Shown here: positions 10,213-21,825 of the stretch, piece after piece
Numbering within the stretch: position 1 is the first letter of the stretch
Layout of the letters: every line of letters begins with the position of its first letter
Assembly: GCA_965644315.1 (NCBI GenBank)
Contig: CBFFRQ010000032.1
Span: 124,001-188,000, forward strand
Direction: 5' to 3'
DNA: 64,000 nt
Source of the DNA: Caecitellus pseudoparvulus
Taxonomy: Eukaryota; Protista; Bigyra: Bicosoecida
Notes under the pieces: generated by a model
What the model was told of the DNA's origin: nothing
Databases searched by the model: none
The model's input: the letters and a program-made list of their open reading frames with translations, nothing else
Position numbers and translations under genes: made by a program

Positions 10213-12019
10213 ATGCAGGGGCAGACTGCGGGTGGGGCTGGCCAAGGCGTTCCTGCAGCGCAAGCTGCCCCCAAGCGCTCCCACCAGCTGGTCCTGCATG
10301 GTGCGTGGCGTGTGCCGGGTGCAGGTGCAGTGCAGGCATCACGCCCGGCACACGCGGAAGCCGCTCCTGCCTGTCCTTCACAGAGAAACTACAGAGCGGT
10401 GCACAGGGAGAAGTGTACAGGGGCGAGCTGAACCAGAAGACTGTGGCGGTGAAGAAGTTTAAGGACCCGTCGGCTTCACCCGTGCAAGCCGAGCTGCAAG
10501 CTGTGCGTCTGGATGTGGCGTTTTCCAGCTGCTCGTGGACTCACCTACCGCCATCGGCCCGCTGCCGCTGCGTCCGCCGGAGGCGCCTGTGCTCGCCAGC
10601 AGCACACCTGCCTCCCAGCCCACCTGCACTGGTCCCCCTCGCCCCCGCCTCCCTTTTCAGTTTGACCGGCTGCAGTGGCACCACCCCCACGTCCTCGGCA
10701 CTTACCAGCCCGTCAAAGTGCGGCACTCCTCTGGCGCAGCTTCCGTTCTCCTGCCCATGGAGTGCGCGGAGGGGGACATGTTCGAGCACATGAACCAGAC
10801 AGGCCCCATGGGCATGTCCAGTCGCCCCCTGCGGGAGTGGGCCTTGCAGGTCGCTCACGGTGCGTGCCGTGCCGTGGTGTTGCAGGCGGCGCCGGCCACG
10901 CGTGTCACGCCACGCTCCTCCCTGCGCGCAGCCCTTGCCTTCTGCCACGCAAACGCCATCGCACACCGGGACGTCAAGCCGGAAAACATCCTCCTCGTGC
11001 GGTACGGCCCGCCGGCAGCTCAGCCAGGGGCGCAGGGTGCACACCCGCCTGGCGGGTGTGCCCCCTCACCTCCCGAAGCCGCCGCGCCCTCGCTCATTGC
11101 CAAGCTCTGTGACTTCGGCTCCGCCAAGGTGGGCCACTCCCTGCACCGCCGCATCGTGAAGGACTACACGGTTGCCGGCCCTGCCCGCCTGGTGGGCTCG
11201 TCAGCCTGCGGCTCGCCGCTGTATGCCGCGCCAGAAATCGCCAGCCTGTCAGCGCAGGTGAAGGCACCGCCGACGGAAATGTCGGGTGTGTCAACAGGCA
11301 CCTCCTCTGCCGCTGCCAGCGGGGCAGAGGGCACTCCTGCACCTCTACATGGAGTTCAGGCGTCCCCCCGTGGCTCAGCCGCCTACGACGCCTGTGCGGC
11401 GGACGTGTGGAGTTTCGCCATCACGTTGCACGTACTGGCCACGGGGCGGGCGTTGTGGCACAGCGCCGTCATGGGTGACGAACGCTTCGCAGCGTACGCA
11501 AACAGCCACATGTCCACTGCAGCGCCCCTGGCCATCACACTGCCCCAGGCACCCCCCTCCCTGGCGGGTGACGTGCCTCACGGCGGCCTGCCTGCTTCTG
11601 GCGTGCCGGGCAGTCTGGCCAGCGGCAGCGGCAGCTTGGGCGTCATGGCGTCAGCGTCCGTGGGCAGCTCCTCCGCCGCTGCCGCCGCTGGCAAGGCCTG
11701 GCGTTGGTCCAGCAGCATGCCGCCCGCCTTCATGGACCTCATGCAAGCGTGCCTGGCTCTCAACCCCGCTGCCCGCCCCACCATGGCGCAGGTGCTGGCG
11801 CACCCCTGGTTCACCAACCCTGACTGGCAACCGGCGCCCAGCCCCCGGCCAGGGCACAGCCTGGCGCACTACCGCTCGCCTGCAGAATTCGGACCCGGCA
11901 GTGGGCGCAGCACGCCTCAGCGCAGCCCTGCGGCAGCCCACCCGGCGCCGTCGCCGGCTGCGGCCCAGGCAGCTTCTGGCATCATTGACGATTCCCATGA
12001 GGACTGTACGTACATTTGA
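10213..12019 (+). CDS. Serine/threonine protein kinase (CAMK-like), intron-containing
   Basis: LQSGAQGEVYRG, VAVKK, HRDVKPEN, LCDFG, CGSPLYAAPE, DVWSFAITL, RPTMAQVLAHPWF across exons. Start codon tentative. Confidence 0.88.
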
Positions 12020-12480
12020 AAGGCCTCGGACACTGCAGCACGCCTGTGCTGCCTGCTTCAGGGCGTCTTTCCCCCCGAGCCATGTGACCCGGCCGTGGCA
12101 CGCAGATGCTGCTGCTGGTCGTGTGACTCTTCCGCCATGCGTTGCGGCACGCCGCACCGCAGGCAAGTGTTTGTGACTTCGCTGACCCAAGACTTGCCGT
12201 GGTGGTTGGCGAGGAGGTGGGTGGGTGCCGGGTGCTGTGGCACTGCATCACCCCCCATCCACCCCCCCCAGACGAGCGGGGTCCCTGCCATGTGTGTGGG
12301 CTTGCACCAAGCCCCCCATGCACACCCCTGCTGTTGTCTACGCCACCACCTCGCAAGCCAATGCACATATGCTGCTCACTTTACACTGGCCCCGTCTCCC
12401 CTCTGCGCACCGTGTCTCGCACTGCTGCCGTGTGGCCTGACCACGCACGCCGACGCCGCTGCCGAGTGAAACGCACCACC

Positions 12481-13263
12481 ATGGCCCTGTCCACCGCCTC
12501 CCGCCGCGCAGCCGCCGCTGCCACCTCTGCCATGCGGGCCCTGTCCTGGGCGCCCGCCCGCGGCATGGCCGAGTTCGTGCGCGACAAGCCCATGGCGTCG
12601 GTGGGCACCATCGGCCACGTTGACCACGGCAAGACCACGCTGACGGCCGCCATCTCCTACGTCCTGGCCACGGCACAAGGCAAGACGGCTGTGCCCATGG
12701 GCGACATTGACAAGGCCCCTGAGGTGAGCCCTGCGTGGCGGCCAGGGGCCGTGGGCGTGCGCTGATGTGGCAGGCGCCGTCGTCAATTTCCGCACGCACA
12801 CACCTCACGCTGCCTCCGCCACACCCCTCGCCGTGCCGCCCGCCCCCACCTTGTGCAGGAGAAGGCCCGTGGCATTACCATCTCTGCCGCCCACATTGAG
12901 TGCGTGTGCTGCGCGGGAGTTGTGAGGGGGGAGGCTCGTTCACCTGCCCTGCACAGCAGAATACGCACCACACGGCTGCGTCTGTGTCATCGCCCCCTGC
13001 CACTGCCTTCGCGCCGCCTGCACTGCCCAGGTATGAGACTGAGAACCGCCACTATGCCCACATTGACTGCCCCGGCCACGCTGACTACGTCAAGAACATG
13101 ATCACGGTGCGTGGGCGGGGGCGTTTCGCTGGCGCTGGCACTGGCGTTGACGTGAGCTGAACCGACGGCCGGCACGCACCCCCCCTCGCCCCCCCCTCCC
13201 TTGGCTGCACAGGGCGCTGCCCAGATGGACGGCGGCATCCTGGTGGTGTCTGCGCCCGATGGG

Positions 13264-13298
<35 letters not shown>

Positions 13299-14124
13299 AC
13301 GGCAGGTGGGCGTGCCTGCCCTGGTGGTGTTCCTGAACAAGGTGGACATGGTGGAGGATGAGGAGCTGCTGGAGCTGGTGGAGATGGAGATCCGCGAGCT
13401 GCTGGACTTCTACGAGTTCCCCGGCGACGACACGCCCATCGTGCGAGGGTCTGCCCTGGCCGCAGTCAACGGCGAGAACGACGCGATCGGGCGCGACGCC
13501 ATCCTGGAGCTGATGGCGGCGGTGGACAAGCACATCCCCATCCCCGAGCGCGACCTGGACAAGCCCTTCCTCATGCCCGTGGAAGACGTCTTTTCCATCG
13601 CCGGCCGCGGCACCGTGGCCACTGGCCGCATCGAGACGGGCATCGTCAAGGTGGGGGATGAAGTGGACATCATGGGCCTGCGCGCACCCGCCAAGACCAC
13701 TGTCACCGGCATCGAGATGTTCAAGCGCAGCCTGGCACAGGGACAGGCCGGCGACAACGCAGGCATCCTCCTGCGTGGCGTGAAGCGCTCCGACGTCACC
13801 CGCGGACAGGTCATCGCTGCGACTGGCACTGTGTCCACGCACCAGAAGTTCACCGCCAGCGTGTACGTGCTGACCAAGGCAGAGGGCGGCCGCCACAAGC
13901 CCTTCTTCGCGGGGTACCGCCCCCAGTTCTTCTTCCGCACGGCAGATGTGACGGGCAGCATCACGGCGATTCCCGAGGATGCCACCATGGTGGCGCCTGG
14001 TGACAACACCACCATCACCTGTGAGCTCATGTCCCCCGTGCCCATGGCAGAGGGTCTGCGCTTCGCCCTGCGTGAGGGTGGCCGCACCATTGGCGCTGGC
14101 GTCATCAGCTCTATCGTTGAATGA
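12481..14124 (+). CDS. TUFM: Mitochondrial elongation factor Tu (exons 12481-12723, 12859-12899, 13031-13106, 13213-14124)
   Basis: Arg/Ala-rich presequence, [68 protein letters not shown]; canonical GT-AG introns restore the frame. Confidence 0.97.
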
Positions 14125-14209
14125 GCAGCGTGAGCGTGTGGGTGCGCCGCTCAAATTCCGCGCGACGCGAGCCTTTGGCCCGGTCCACCCGCCACGCCGC
14201 AATGCAGCC

Positions 14210-16777
14210 ATGGCCCTGCCGCCGCCCTTTCACGCCCTCACAGGCGCCTTTTGGGCAGCCCTGCCTGCTGCTCGCTGGAGCGTGTCCCGTCCTGAGGGGC
14301 ATGGCCGTGACACTGCGCCGGCAGCGGTCGTGGCGCCACTACTAGCGCTGGCCTCGGCACTGCAGAGGGCCTGCGAGGCAGGGCACGCAGGGCAGGACAT
14401 GGGGCGTGTGCTGGGCGCCTTTCAGGTCGCCGCGGCCAGCGCCGCGACGGCCATCCTGCACCGCACCTTCGCCGTGGGCGGCGCCAGCCACCAGGCCAAG
14501 CACGCGGCAGCCAGCTGGGCGGGAGGGCTGCCAGGCTCGCCCTGGCTTCGACACCTCACTAAGCAAATTGTCGTGCTGCATGATGTGGCATTGCTGCTGG
14601 ACGCCGTGCACGCGCTGAGCCGTGCAGGCGCAGAGGCCGGCGTGGCGGTGGAGCGCCCGCCGAGTTTCAACGGCGTTTCAACTGGCACATGGCAGTTGCT
14701 GTCCAGCTGGGCCGTGTCGGATGCCGCCTCGGCAGAGTGCCTGCCCTGGCGCAAACTGCAGCCTTCCGAGCTGCTCATGCAGTCCCAGCCAGTGCGCCCG
14801 TCAGCAGCGGTGAGCGGCAGGGGAGGGGGGGGTGGCCGGGCAGTGGACCCCCCCTCCCACACGCCCTGTCTCCCCTGGTGTTGTGGGGGGCGAGACCCCG
14901 CCCCCACCACCAACAGCAAGCTGGTGCCACTTGGGCTGCCAGATGGCGCGGGGGGGGGGCTGGAACCTGCTGCGTTTCAGGCCGCCCCCCCCCACACACC
15001 CCCTCGCCGGCGGGGGTGGGGCGGCGGTGACCCGTACAGTGCCCCCCCCACCCCTGCCAACACCAAGCGCTCAGGGGGGGGCAGGGGGGGTACGGCTGTC
15101 GCACCCACCCCCCTGTCCCCCAACCCCCCCACACCCGGCCGGGGGGGGGGCAATGCCTCTGACGCACTGGAACAGTCGCTGTCTGGCTTGCACATTTCCT
15201 TCGGGGAGGGGGGCGGCAGTGGCCAGCCAAGCCTGCGAAACGCATCAGAGGGCCGCGGGTCCGCGCTGCTCCTGGCCACACAGGCAGGCGGCAGCTTCCT
15301 GCTGTCCGGGCCACCTGGCAGCCCCCCCGCGGTAGGGGTTGAGGGGGGGGGCCTTGCCCCCCTCGCAGAAGGAGGGCAGGGGGGTGGCCGCCTGGCCTCC
15401 CTTGCGCGGCACCTGTCTGGTGCGTTTCAGCCGCAGGAGACTCCGCTGTGGCGCCCCGTGTCCACACCGGCCCCCACCCACAGCAAGCGGGGGGGGGCAT
15501 CCCTCCGACGCCTGGGGGCCCTCCTGCGATCGGCGGTGCAGGCATGTCGCACACGGGTCGCACAGGTCGCACTGCGACACACGCTGACCATGGTTGCCAG
15601 CGCAGCAGGCGCCGCCTCCTCTGTGCTCCTCGCCGAAGGGGCGGATGGGGAGGTGTGTGAAACGCAGCAGCACGGCCAGGGGGGCGCCTACGATCTGACA
15701 TCGCCCCCTCCCCTGCTGCTGGCACACGCCAAGGTGCTTCCTCCGCCCCACCACCCCTCAGGCCTCGTGACGCAAGCGGCAGGGGGCTTGGCCATGCTGC
15801 AGGTGGCCGGCAACGCACCCGAAACGCCAGCCGCACACAGCACCGCCCACCACGCAGCAATGTTTGGGGCCCCCTCACACCACGTGCGAGCACTTGTTTC
15901 TGCAGTGCTGGCTCCGCTGGCCCACCTGTGTTCCGCTCTGCACCCTGTTCTCGCGCCACTCCTACTGGGGGTGGCGATGGACTGCACAGTGGTTGGGCTG
16001 TTCACGGCAGTGAGGTGGCGTGTGCGAGGGGGGGTGCTGGTGGCAGGCCCGCCCCCTGTTGCTCCTGCACGCCTGCCCAACCCCCGCGGCTCAGGGACTG
16101 ACTTCAAGGGCGGTCGGCCCGCAACGCAGCAGGGGGCAGTGACTCCGGCAGGCTCCCTGCAGCTGCTCGTGGACGTGGTGTTCTTGCAGCTGTGGCTGGG
16201 CAGTGGGGCGCCACTCGGAACAGAACAGGCGACCGGGTCATACCTGCCGCCTCCTGGTCGCATCGAGACTCCCCTGCACGCACTGCACATGCTGTCTGCT
16301 GCGTTTCGGGGTGGCCCGCAGGCGTGGTGGGGGGTGCCGGGGGCGGGCAGTGACGCCCCCCTTCCCCCCCCTGTGGGCCCCCCCCTAGCGAGCATGCTGT
16401 GCCCGGCAATGGCTGCAGCGTGCCTGGCCAGTGGCGTGTGGGGGTGGGCCGCGGGCGTATTACGCAGGGCTCTGCCCAGCGCCCCCCTCCCCAGCCCACG
16501 CCGCGAGGCACCCCCCCCTCAGCCCAGCGTGACCCCCCCTCTCCTGGCGCCCTGGGCCCCCCCCGACCCTGACGCACCCGATGCGAACCGGAACAGCCTC
16601 GAGGGCCTGTTCGGTGTTCCGCCTGAGTGGGCCGGTGTTCTGCCCACCCCCTCGTCGGACCCCTCTGCTGCCGCCTGGCTACAGTCTGCAGCTACAGCCG
16701 GCGCGCCAGGCTCTGACCCATCCTTGCTTCTGCAGCTGCAGGTGTTGCTGCAGGGGGCAGAGCCTGCCGTGCAGTGA
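14210..16777 (+). CDS. Hypothetical protein; weak resemblance to CATCHR/CCDC142-like helical proteins
   Basis: Long ORF. GSLQLLVDVVFLQLWL is reminiscent of the GxxQLxxD motif of tethering-complex subunits (inference only). Confidence 0.5.
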   Translation: MALPPPFHALTGAFWAALPAARWSVSRPEGHGRDTAPAAVVAPLLALASALQRACEAGHAGQDMGRVLGAFQVAAASAATAILHRTFAVGGASHQAKHAAASWAGGLPGSPWLRHLTKQIVVLHDVALLLDAVHALSRAGAEAGVAVERPPSFNGVSTGTWQLLSSWAVSDAASAECLPWRKLQPSELLMQSQPVRPSAAVSGRGGGGGRAVDPPSHTPCLPWCCGGRDPAPTTNSKLVPLGLPDGAGGGLEPAAFQAAPPHTPPRRRGWGGGDPYSAPPTPANTKRSGGGRGGTAVAPTPLSPNPPTPGRGGGNASDALEQSLSGLHISFGEGGGSGQPSLRNASEGRGSALLLATQAGGSFLLSGPPGSPPAVGVEGGGLAPLAEGGQGGGRLASLARHLSGAFQPQETPLWRPVSTPAPTHSKRGGASLRRLGALLRSAVQACRTRVAQVALRHTLTMVASAAGAASSVLLAEGADGEVCETQQHGQGGAYDLTSPPPLLLAHAKVLPPPHHPSGLVTQAAGGLAMLQVAGNAPETPAAHSTAHHAAMFGAPSHHVRALVSAVLAPLAHLCSALHPVLAPLLLGVAMDCTVVGLFTAVRWRVRGGVLVAGPPPVAPARLPNPRGSGTDFKGGRPATQQGAVTPAGSLQLLVDVVFLQLWLGSGAPLGTEQATGSYLPPPGRIETPLHALHMLSAAFRGGPQAWWGVPGAGSDAPLPPPVGPPLASMLCPAMAAACLASGVWGWAAGVLRRALPSAPLPSPRREAPPPQPSVTPPLLAPWAPPDPDAPDANRNSLEGLFGVPPEWAGVLPTPSSDPSAAAWLQSAATAGAPGSDPSLLLQLQVLLQGAEPAVQ

Positions 16778-16920
16778 GGGGGGTGAGTGTGCTGGGTCGA
16801 TTGATTGCACAGTGTGTGGACGGTATCAATTCACTACGACTGCAAGTGCGTCAAAGCGCCGCCTGCTTTACATGCCAGGCACTAAGCCCCCAGGTGCTGG
16901 GTTGACGCCACACCTCCGGC

Positions 16921-18614
16921 ATGCTGCTGCGGGCAGCTTGGCGCTCTGCTTCGCACCACCTTCGCACACGCCGCACTCCACGGCACGCGTCTCTCCTGCA
17001 GCACATCACCAGCAACTTCAGCATGGCCGCAGACGGCGAAATCAAAGTGGAAAAGGCCCACACCCCTCGGGACGTCCTCAGCATTGCCCCCATGATGGAG
17101 GTAACGGACGTGTACTACCGGTGCGCGTTTCAGCGGCGTTTCGGTGCAGCGCCAGGCGAACACGTCATGCACACGCGACGGCGCCCTGTGCGGTGTGTGC
17201 AGGTACTTCATGCGCCTGCTGACCAAGCGCACCCGACTGTACACTGAAATGGTCGTCGAGAACACCATTCACCACACGGACAACATCGACTGGCACCTGC
17301 GCTTCTCGCAGTGCGAGGCGCCCGTCGCGCTGCAGGTGGGAGGCTCGGACCCAGACGCTGTGCGCACCGCTCTGGAGAAGGTGGTGGCTGGCGGCTACGC
17401 GTATGATGAAGTGAACTTGAACTGTGGCTGCCCCAGCGAGCGCGTGGCAACGGTGCGTGCCGCTGCTGCGTTGATCCTGCAGCGCTGTGACCCGCACCGC
17501 ACACGTCACGCACACCCCGCAGAAGAGCTGCTTCGGCGCTCGCCTCATGCTGGAGGCTGCCCGTGTGCGTGACGTCGTGAACAGCATGCAGGCTGGCGTG
17601 GCGGGCAGTGGCATGGAGGTAACGGTGAAGTGCCGGCTGGGCGCAGACCACATGGACTCGTACGCGGAATTCCGCGACTTCATCGCCACTGTCGCGCAGT
17701 CTGGGTGCACGCACTTCATCGTGCATGCCCGCAAGTGCTGGCTGCAGGGCCTGAACCCCAAACAGAACCGCACCGTGCCGCACCTCAAGTACCACTGGGT
17801 GTACCGTGCGGCGGTCGAATTTCCGCACCTGCGTATTTCGCTCAACGGCGGCGTGAACACGTGGCCCGCCATTGACGAGATGCTGCGCCTGCAGCCCGGT
17901 GCAGCGGACGGCACCTCCCCTCATGTGGCGCCGCTACCCCCCTCCGTAGCGGGCGCATACCCCCCTGAAGGAGCTGGCACTGCCGCCGGCTCAGACCGCC
18001 TCATGCGTTGCAAACCGTCCACGGCAGAGCTGGCGAGTCAAGTGGTGGAAGACCCCGTCGCATATGGACAGGGCACGCTGTGGCACGACCCGACCCCTGG
18101 CGCCTCCTCTGCCGATGGCGGAGGGGGCGACCTGTCTCTTGCGCCTGGTCTGCTGGACTCTGTCATGATTGGGCGAGCGGCGTGGCATGACCCGTGGCTG
18201 TTCGCAGACGTGGACCGGCGGCTGTTCGGGCAGGCCAACCCCATGCCACACCGCCGCGCGGCAGTGGAGGCCTTCGTGGCGTGGCTGGAGCGTATTACGG
18301 GCCCCGGCGGCTGGGCCAAAGTGCACTCCTTCAACATCATGGTGAAGCCCATCGTGGCGCTGTTCGCCGGTGTGCGGGGCGGCAAGGCGTACCGCCGCAC
18401 ACTCACCGAGGGCGCCCGCAAGGCCACACACAGCACCATTCGGGACGTCGTCCAAGCTGCCTTGGCACACATCCCCCTGGAGTTCCAAGTGGAACCCCCC
18501 CACGCAGCTGCCATGCCGCCAAAGCCAGAGGCAGAACCAGAGGCAGCAGCCGGCGGGGCGGATGACACAGCCTCGCCCCCCGCGAAACGCCAGGCTGTGG
18601 AGACGTCAGAGTGA
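16921..18614 (+). CDS. dusA: tRNA-dihydrouridine(20/20a) synthase, DusA type (2 introns; alternative start at 17023)
   Basis: LSIAPMMEVTD, LYTEMV, PVALQVGGSDP, YDEVNLNCGCPSERV, CFGARLM, VTVKCRLG, HFIVHARKCWLQGLNPKQNRTVP, VMIGRAAWHDPW. Confidence 0.93.
18489..18614 (+). repeat. Direct repeat copy 1 (native DusA 3' coding end, 126 bp)
   Basis: gtggaaccccccc...gagtga; homologous to 23471-23596 and 28744-28869. Confidence 0.95.
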
Positions 18615-19130
18615 CCCACATCAGACGCAAGGTGGTCTGAGGGGTGCGAGAATGCACTTGCACCGCGCCGCCTGGCGCAGTGTGCCTCTTTCGCCCTCCG
18701 CAGGTGCAGCCTGCAGGCCTTGACATGGAGAGCACCCAGAAGCCAACGGCAGACCCGGTGCAAAAGCGGCAGGAATCTCAGGGGTGTTTTGAAAGCCCTT
18801 TCCGCACAATTCTTGCAGAGATGCCGGACATCCCATCGAGCGTAGCCGGACACCTTTGACATGCCTGCCACCAATTTATACCTCAACATATTCCCACACA
18901 CACCTGTGGTATCACTGAACATCTACACATCCTTGTGCCTGGGGCTTTTTCAGCACTCCTGGCCGCCACAGGTGAGCGTGCACTGGTGCAAGTGCGGAAG
19001 TTGCACCCTCACACGTGAGCTACGACAACGCTTCCCCGGCACACAAATACACTTGCCCACTGCCTCCACCCCACAGGATCCACCTATGTAGTAGTGCTCT
19101 ATTTGATCAGATCTCCTGCCATCCATCGCC

Positions 19131-21597
19131 ATGGTGCGTGGTCGTGGGCCTGGTGCCTTGCTTTCGCCAGCACTTGCGCCAGAGCGTGTCGCCAACACCA
19201 CAGCACACAGCGCCGTTCCCCTCCACCACGCCACAGGAAGCAGTAGCAGGACAACCTATTGAGGGCAGCACAATAGCCACTGCAGGCATCGACGGCGTAC
19301 AGGCTGAGGCGGTGGCGGCATGCTTGCGCAAGATGAAGTGCTTGCCGGACAGCGTCATGGACCACGGCCCAGCACTGCGAGGACTGGCAGCCATTGGGCG
19401 TGGCGAGGCGCCGGCTGCAGGCGACGCCCCATCGGCCATGAGCCTGGTGGAGCTGGAGGCTGCACTGCGTGACGCGGGGAGTGCGCTGTTGGAGCAAGTT
19501 GGGCTGTTGGCGGGGCAGCATGAGCGAGGTGGTGTGTGTGCTGCGCTGCAGTACCTGTCGTTCCGGTGCTTCGCCGCGGTGGATGTGCTGCATCAGGCGG
19601 CATCTGGCGTGGGTGTCGCTGCAGTGCCAGAGGGTGACGCACTGTGGGGCGCCATCGTGAGTGCTTGGGGCAGTGTGCGGGCCGGTGTGAACATGGAGGG
19701 TGCGCTGGCTGACCTGACGCGATGGTGGCAAGGCTTCGAGAGGGCCGATGTGGATGTAGCTGGTGAGGGTGGCCCGCTCACACATGATGCCTGTGGCGAG
19801 GCAGCGACGGATGCGGCTTTGGCTGGCATGCGACAGCAGGCGAAGTGGCTGCGAGGCGAGGCGGCAGGCGAGCTGAGGAGTGAGAGTGCCGCGAAGCACT
19901 TGGAGTGTGCTGCGAGTTCAGTAGAGGAGCTGTGTGGGCTGCTGGGGTGTGGACCGGTGATGAGTGGTCGGAAGGTGAAGGCTGTTCGTGGGCTGGACTT
20001 GTCGGGCGGCGTGGAGTGCCTGAACGGCAAGGATGTGAGTGTGTACAGTGGACGAGTTGAGATCTTGGATGAGGATGTTGATACCGCTGGAGATGTGGAG
20101 CAGTGGGCAGCGAGTGTGGAGGCGGGTGCGACAGCGCTTGCCATGAGTGTTGGAGTCGTGAAGCGTGGCGAAGTAGCTCGCATCGCACATGGACTGCCGC
20201 GGATGGCGCAGACTCCACACAGAGCAGCACTAGCACACAGTACTTCAGCTGGCCGAGCAGATGAGCCGATTGGGGTGAGGAGCAGTGCCATGGTGCAGGT
20301 GCAGTGTGAGGCGGGGTGGCCGTTGAGGGTGTTCCTGGAGGATGAAGCGTGGGGCGATGTCGGGCTGGATGTGAAGCAGCGCGTGGCTGTGAGGGTGCTG
20401 GGTGTGTGTGCTGTGGCGGAGGCGTGTGGGGTGGATGTGGGTGATGTGGGTGTGGGGAGCTTTGTGGTGGTGGGTGTGGGGAGTGGCAGTGTGGGTGATC
20501 TGGTGGGCGCACTGGATGGAGGTGGGGTTGAAGTTTTGCTGAGTGCGTGTGGCGGTGTGTGGAGCACAAGTCGCTCTGATGGTGGCAGCGGTGATCGTGG
20601 TGGCGTGTTGAGTGTGCTGCACGGGGTGCTTGGTGTGGGAGGTGGGGCCTTGGGCGGCGGATCGTGCGTTGTGTCGAGCTTTGTGGGGAGCGGTGAGGGT
20701 GGTGAGCATGGACTGACAAGCGCGTTGGAGTTGTTGGGGCGGGGAGGGAGTGGTTGCTGCATGGGTGCATATGCGATGGCGTGTGAAGGAAGAGGGGGAG
20801 GAGTGGGGCGCCTTCCAGGTGTGGAGAGCGTTGTGCAGAGTGTGCTTGATGGAGAGCAGGCAGCTGATGCGGCAGGTCAGGCGGAGACAGCTGACGCTGA
20901 GGTTGTACCGGCTACAGAGTCGGAGGTTGCTGCCGAGCAAGTCCCTGAGCTGGAGACATTCAGTAAGGAGAACACAGCTGCGTTTGTGGAAGCGTGCAAG
21001 GAGGGTGAGCTTGCCAGAGTGCGCGAGTTGCTTTCATTGACGGGGGATGAGGCAGTGGATGTGCATGTGGAAGGAAATGTTGAGATGTGGCCAAGGGTTT
21101 GCAGACAGGGCCCTGAGGCCGGCTTCCGATGGGCCTGCGCCAGGGGCCACACAGACATCGTGCGTGAGCTGTTGGGTCTGACTGGGGCGCGGGAAGTGAA
21201 TGTGCACGCGGCGGATGAGGATGGACCTGAGGCTGGCTTCCGATGGGCATGCCGCATGGGCCGCACACACATCGTGCGTGAGCTGCTGGGCCTGACTGGG
21301 GCGCGGGAGGTGGATGTGCATGCGGCGGATCGGGGTGGACCTGAGGCTGGCTTCCGAGGCGCAAGCGCCAATGGCTACACAGACGTCGTGCGTGAGCTGC
21401 TGGGCCTGACTGGGGCGCGGGAAGTGGATGTGCACGCCGCGTATAAGTATGGACCTCAGGCTGCCTTCCGATTGGCATGCGGCGCTGGCCATACAGACAT
21501 CGTGCGTGAGCTGCTGGCCCTGACTGGCGTTCGCAGAATCCCAGACACTGTGCGGCAGCAAGCAGCTAAGTTTTCGAGCCTGAAAGACTTGATTTGA
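19131..21597 (+). CDS. Variable ankyrin-repeat receptor-like protein A (N-cap plus 4 x 38-aa repeats, the last merging into a C-cap)
   Basis: ATG(19131)-intron(19134-19236)-exon in frame with ORF 19015..21597. Repeats GPEAGFRxACxxGHTDIVRELLGLTGAREVDVHAADxx at 21109, 21223, 21337, 21451 (114-bp period). Confidence 0.85.
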
Positions 21598-21825
21598 CCC
21601 CAGGCCCCAAGCACGGGCCAATGCATCACGCGCCAAACCTGGCCCCCACGTCAGGCCAGCACACCCGCCACACCTCCATACCAGCATACCCGTCCCTCCT
21701 CCACACCCGAACAAACCACACTTCAATCCACCACACGCAACTCAACAACACACCTCAACACCATCCCCACATCTCCCGCTCCCACACATGCATTGCACTC
21801 TCACACCTGCACACACCAACTCCTC

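Noticed and set aside
12481-14124. EF-Tu as bacterial contamination or recent HGT
   Set aside because: It has spliceosomal introns and a mitochondrial presequence.
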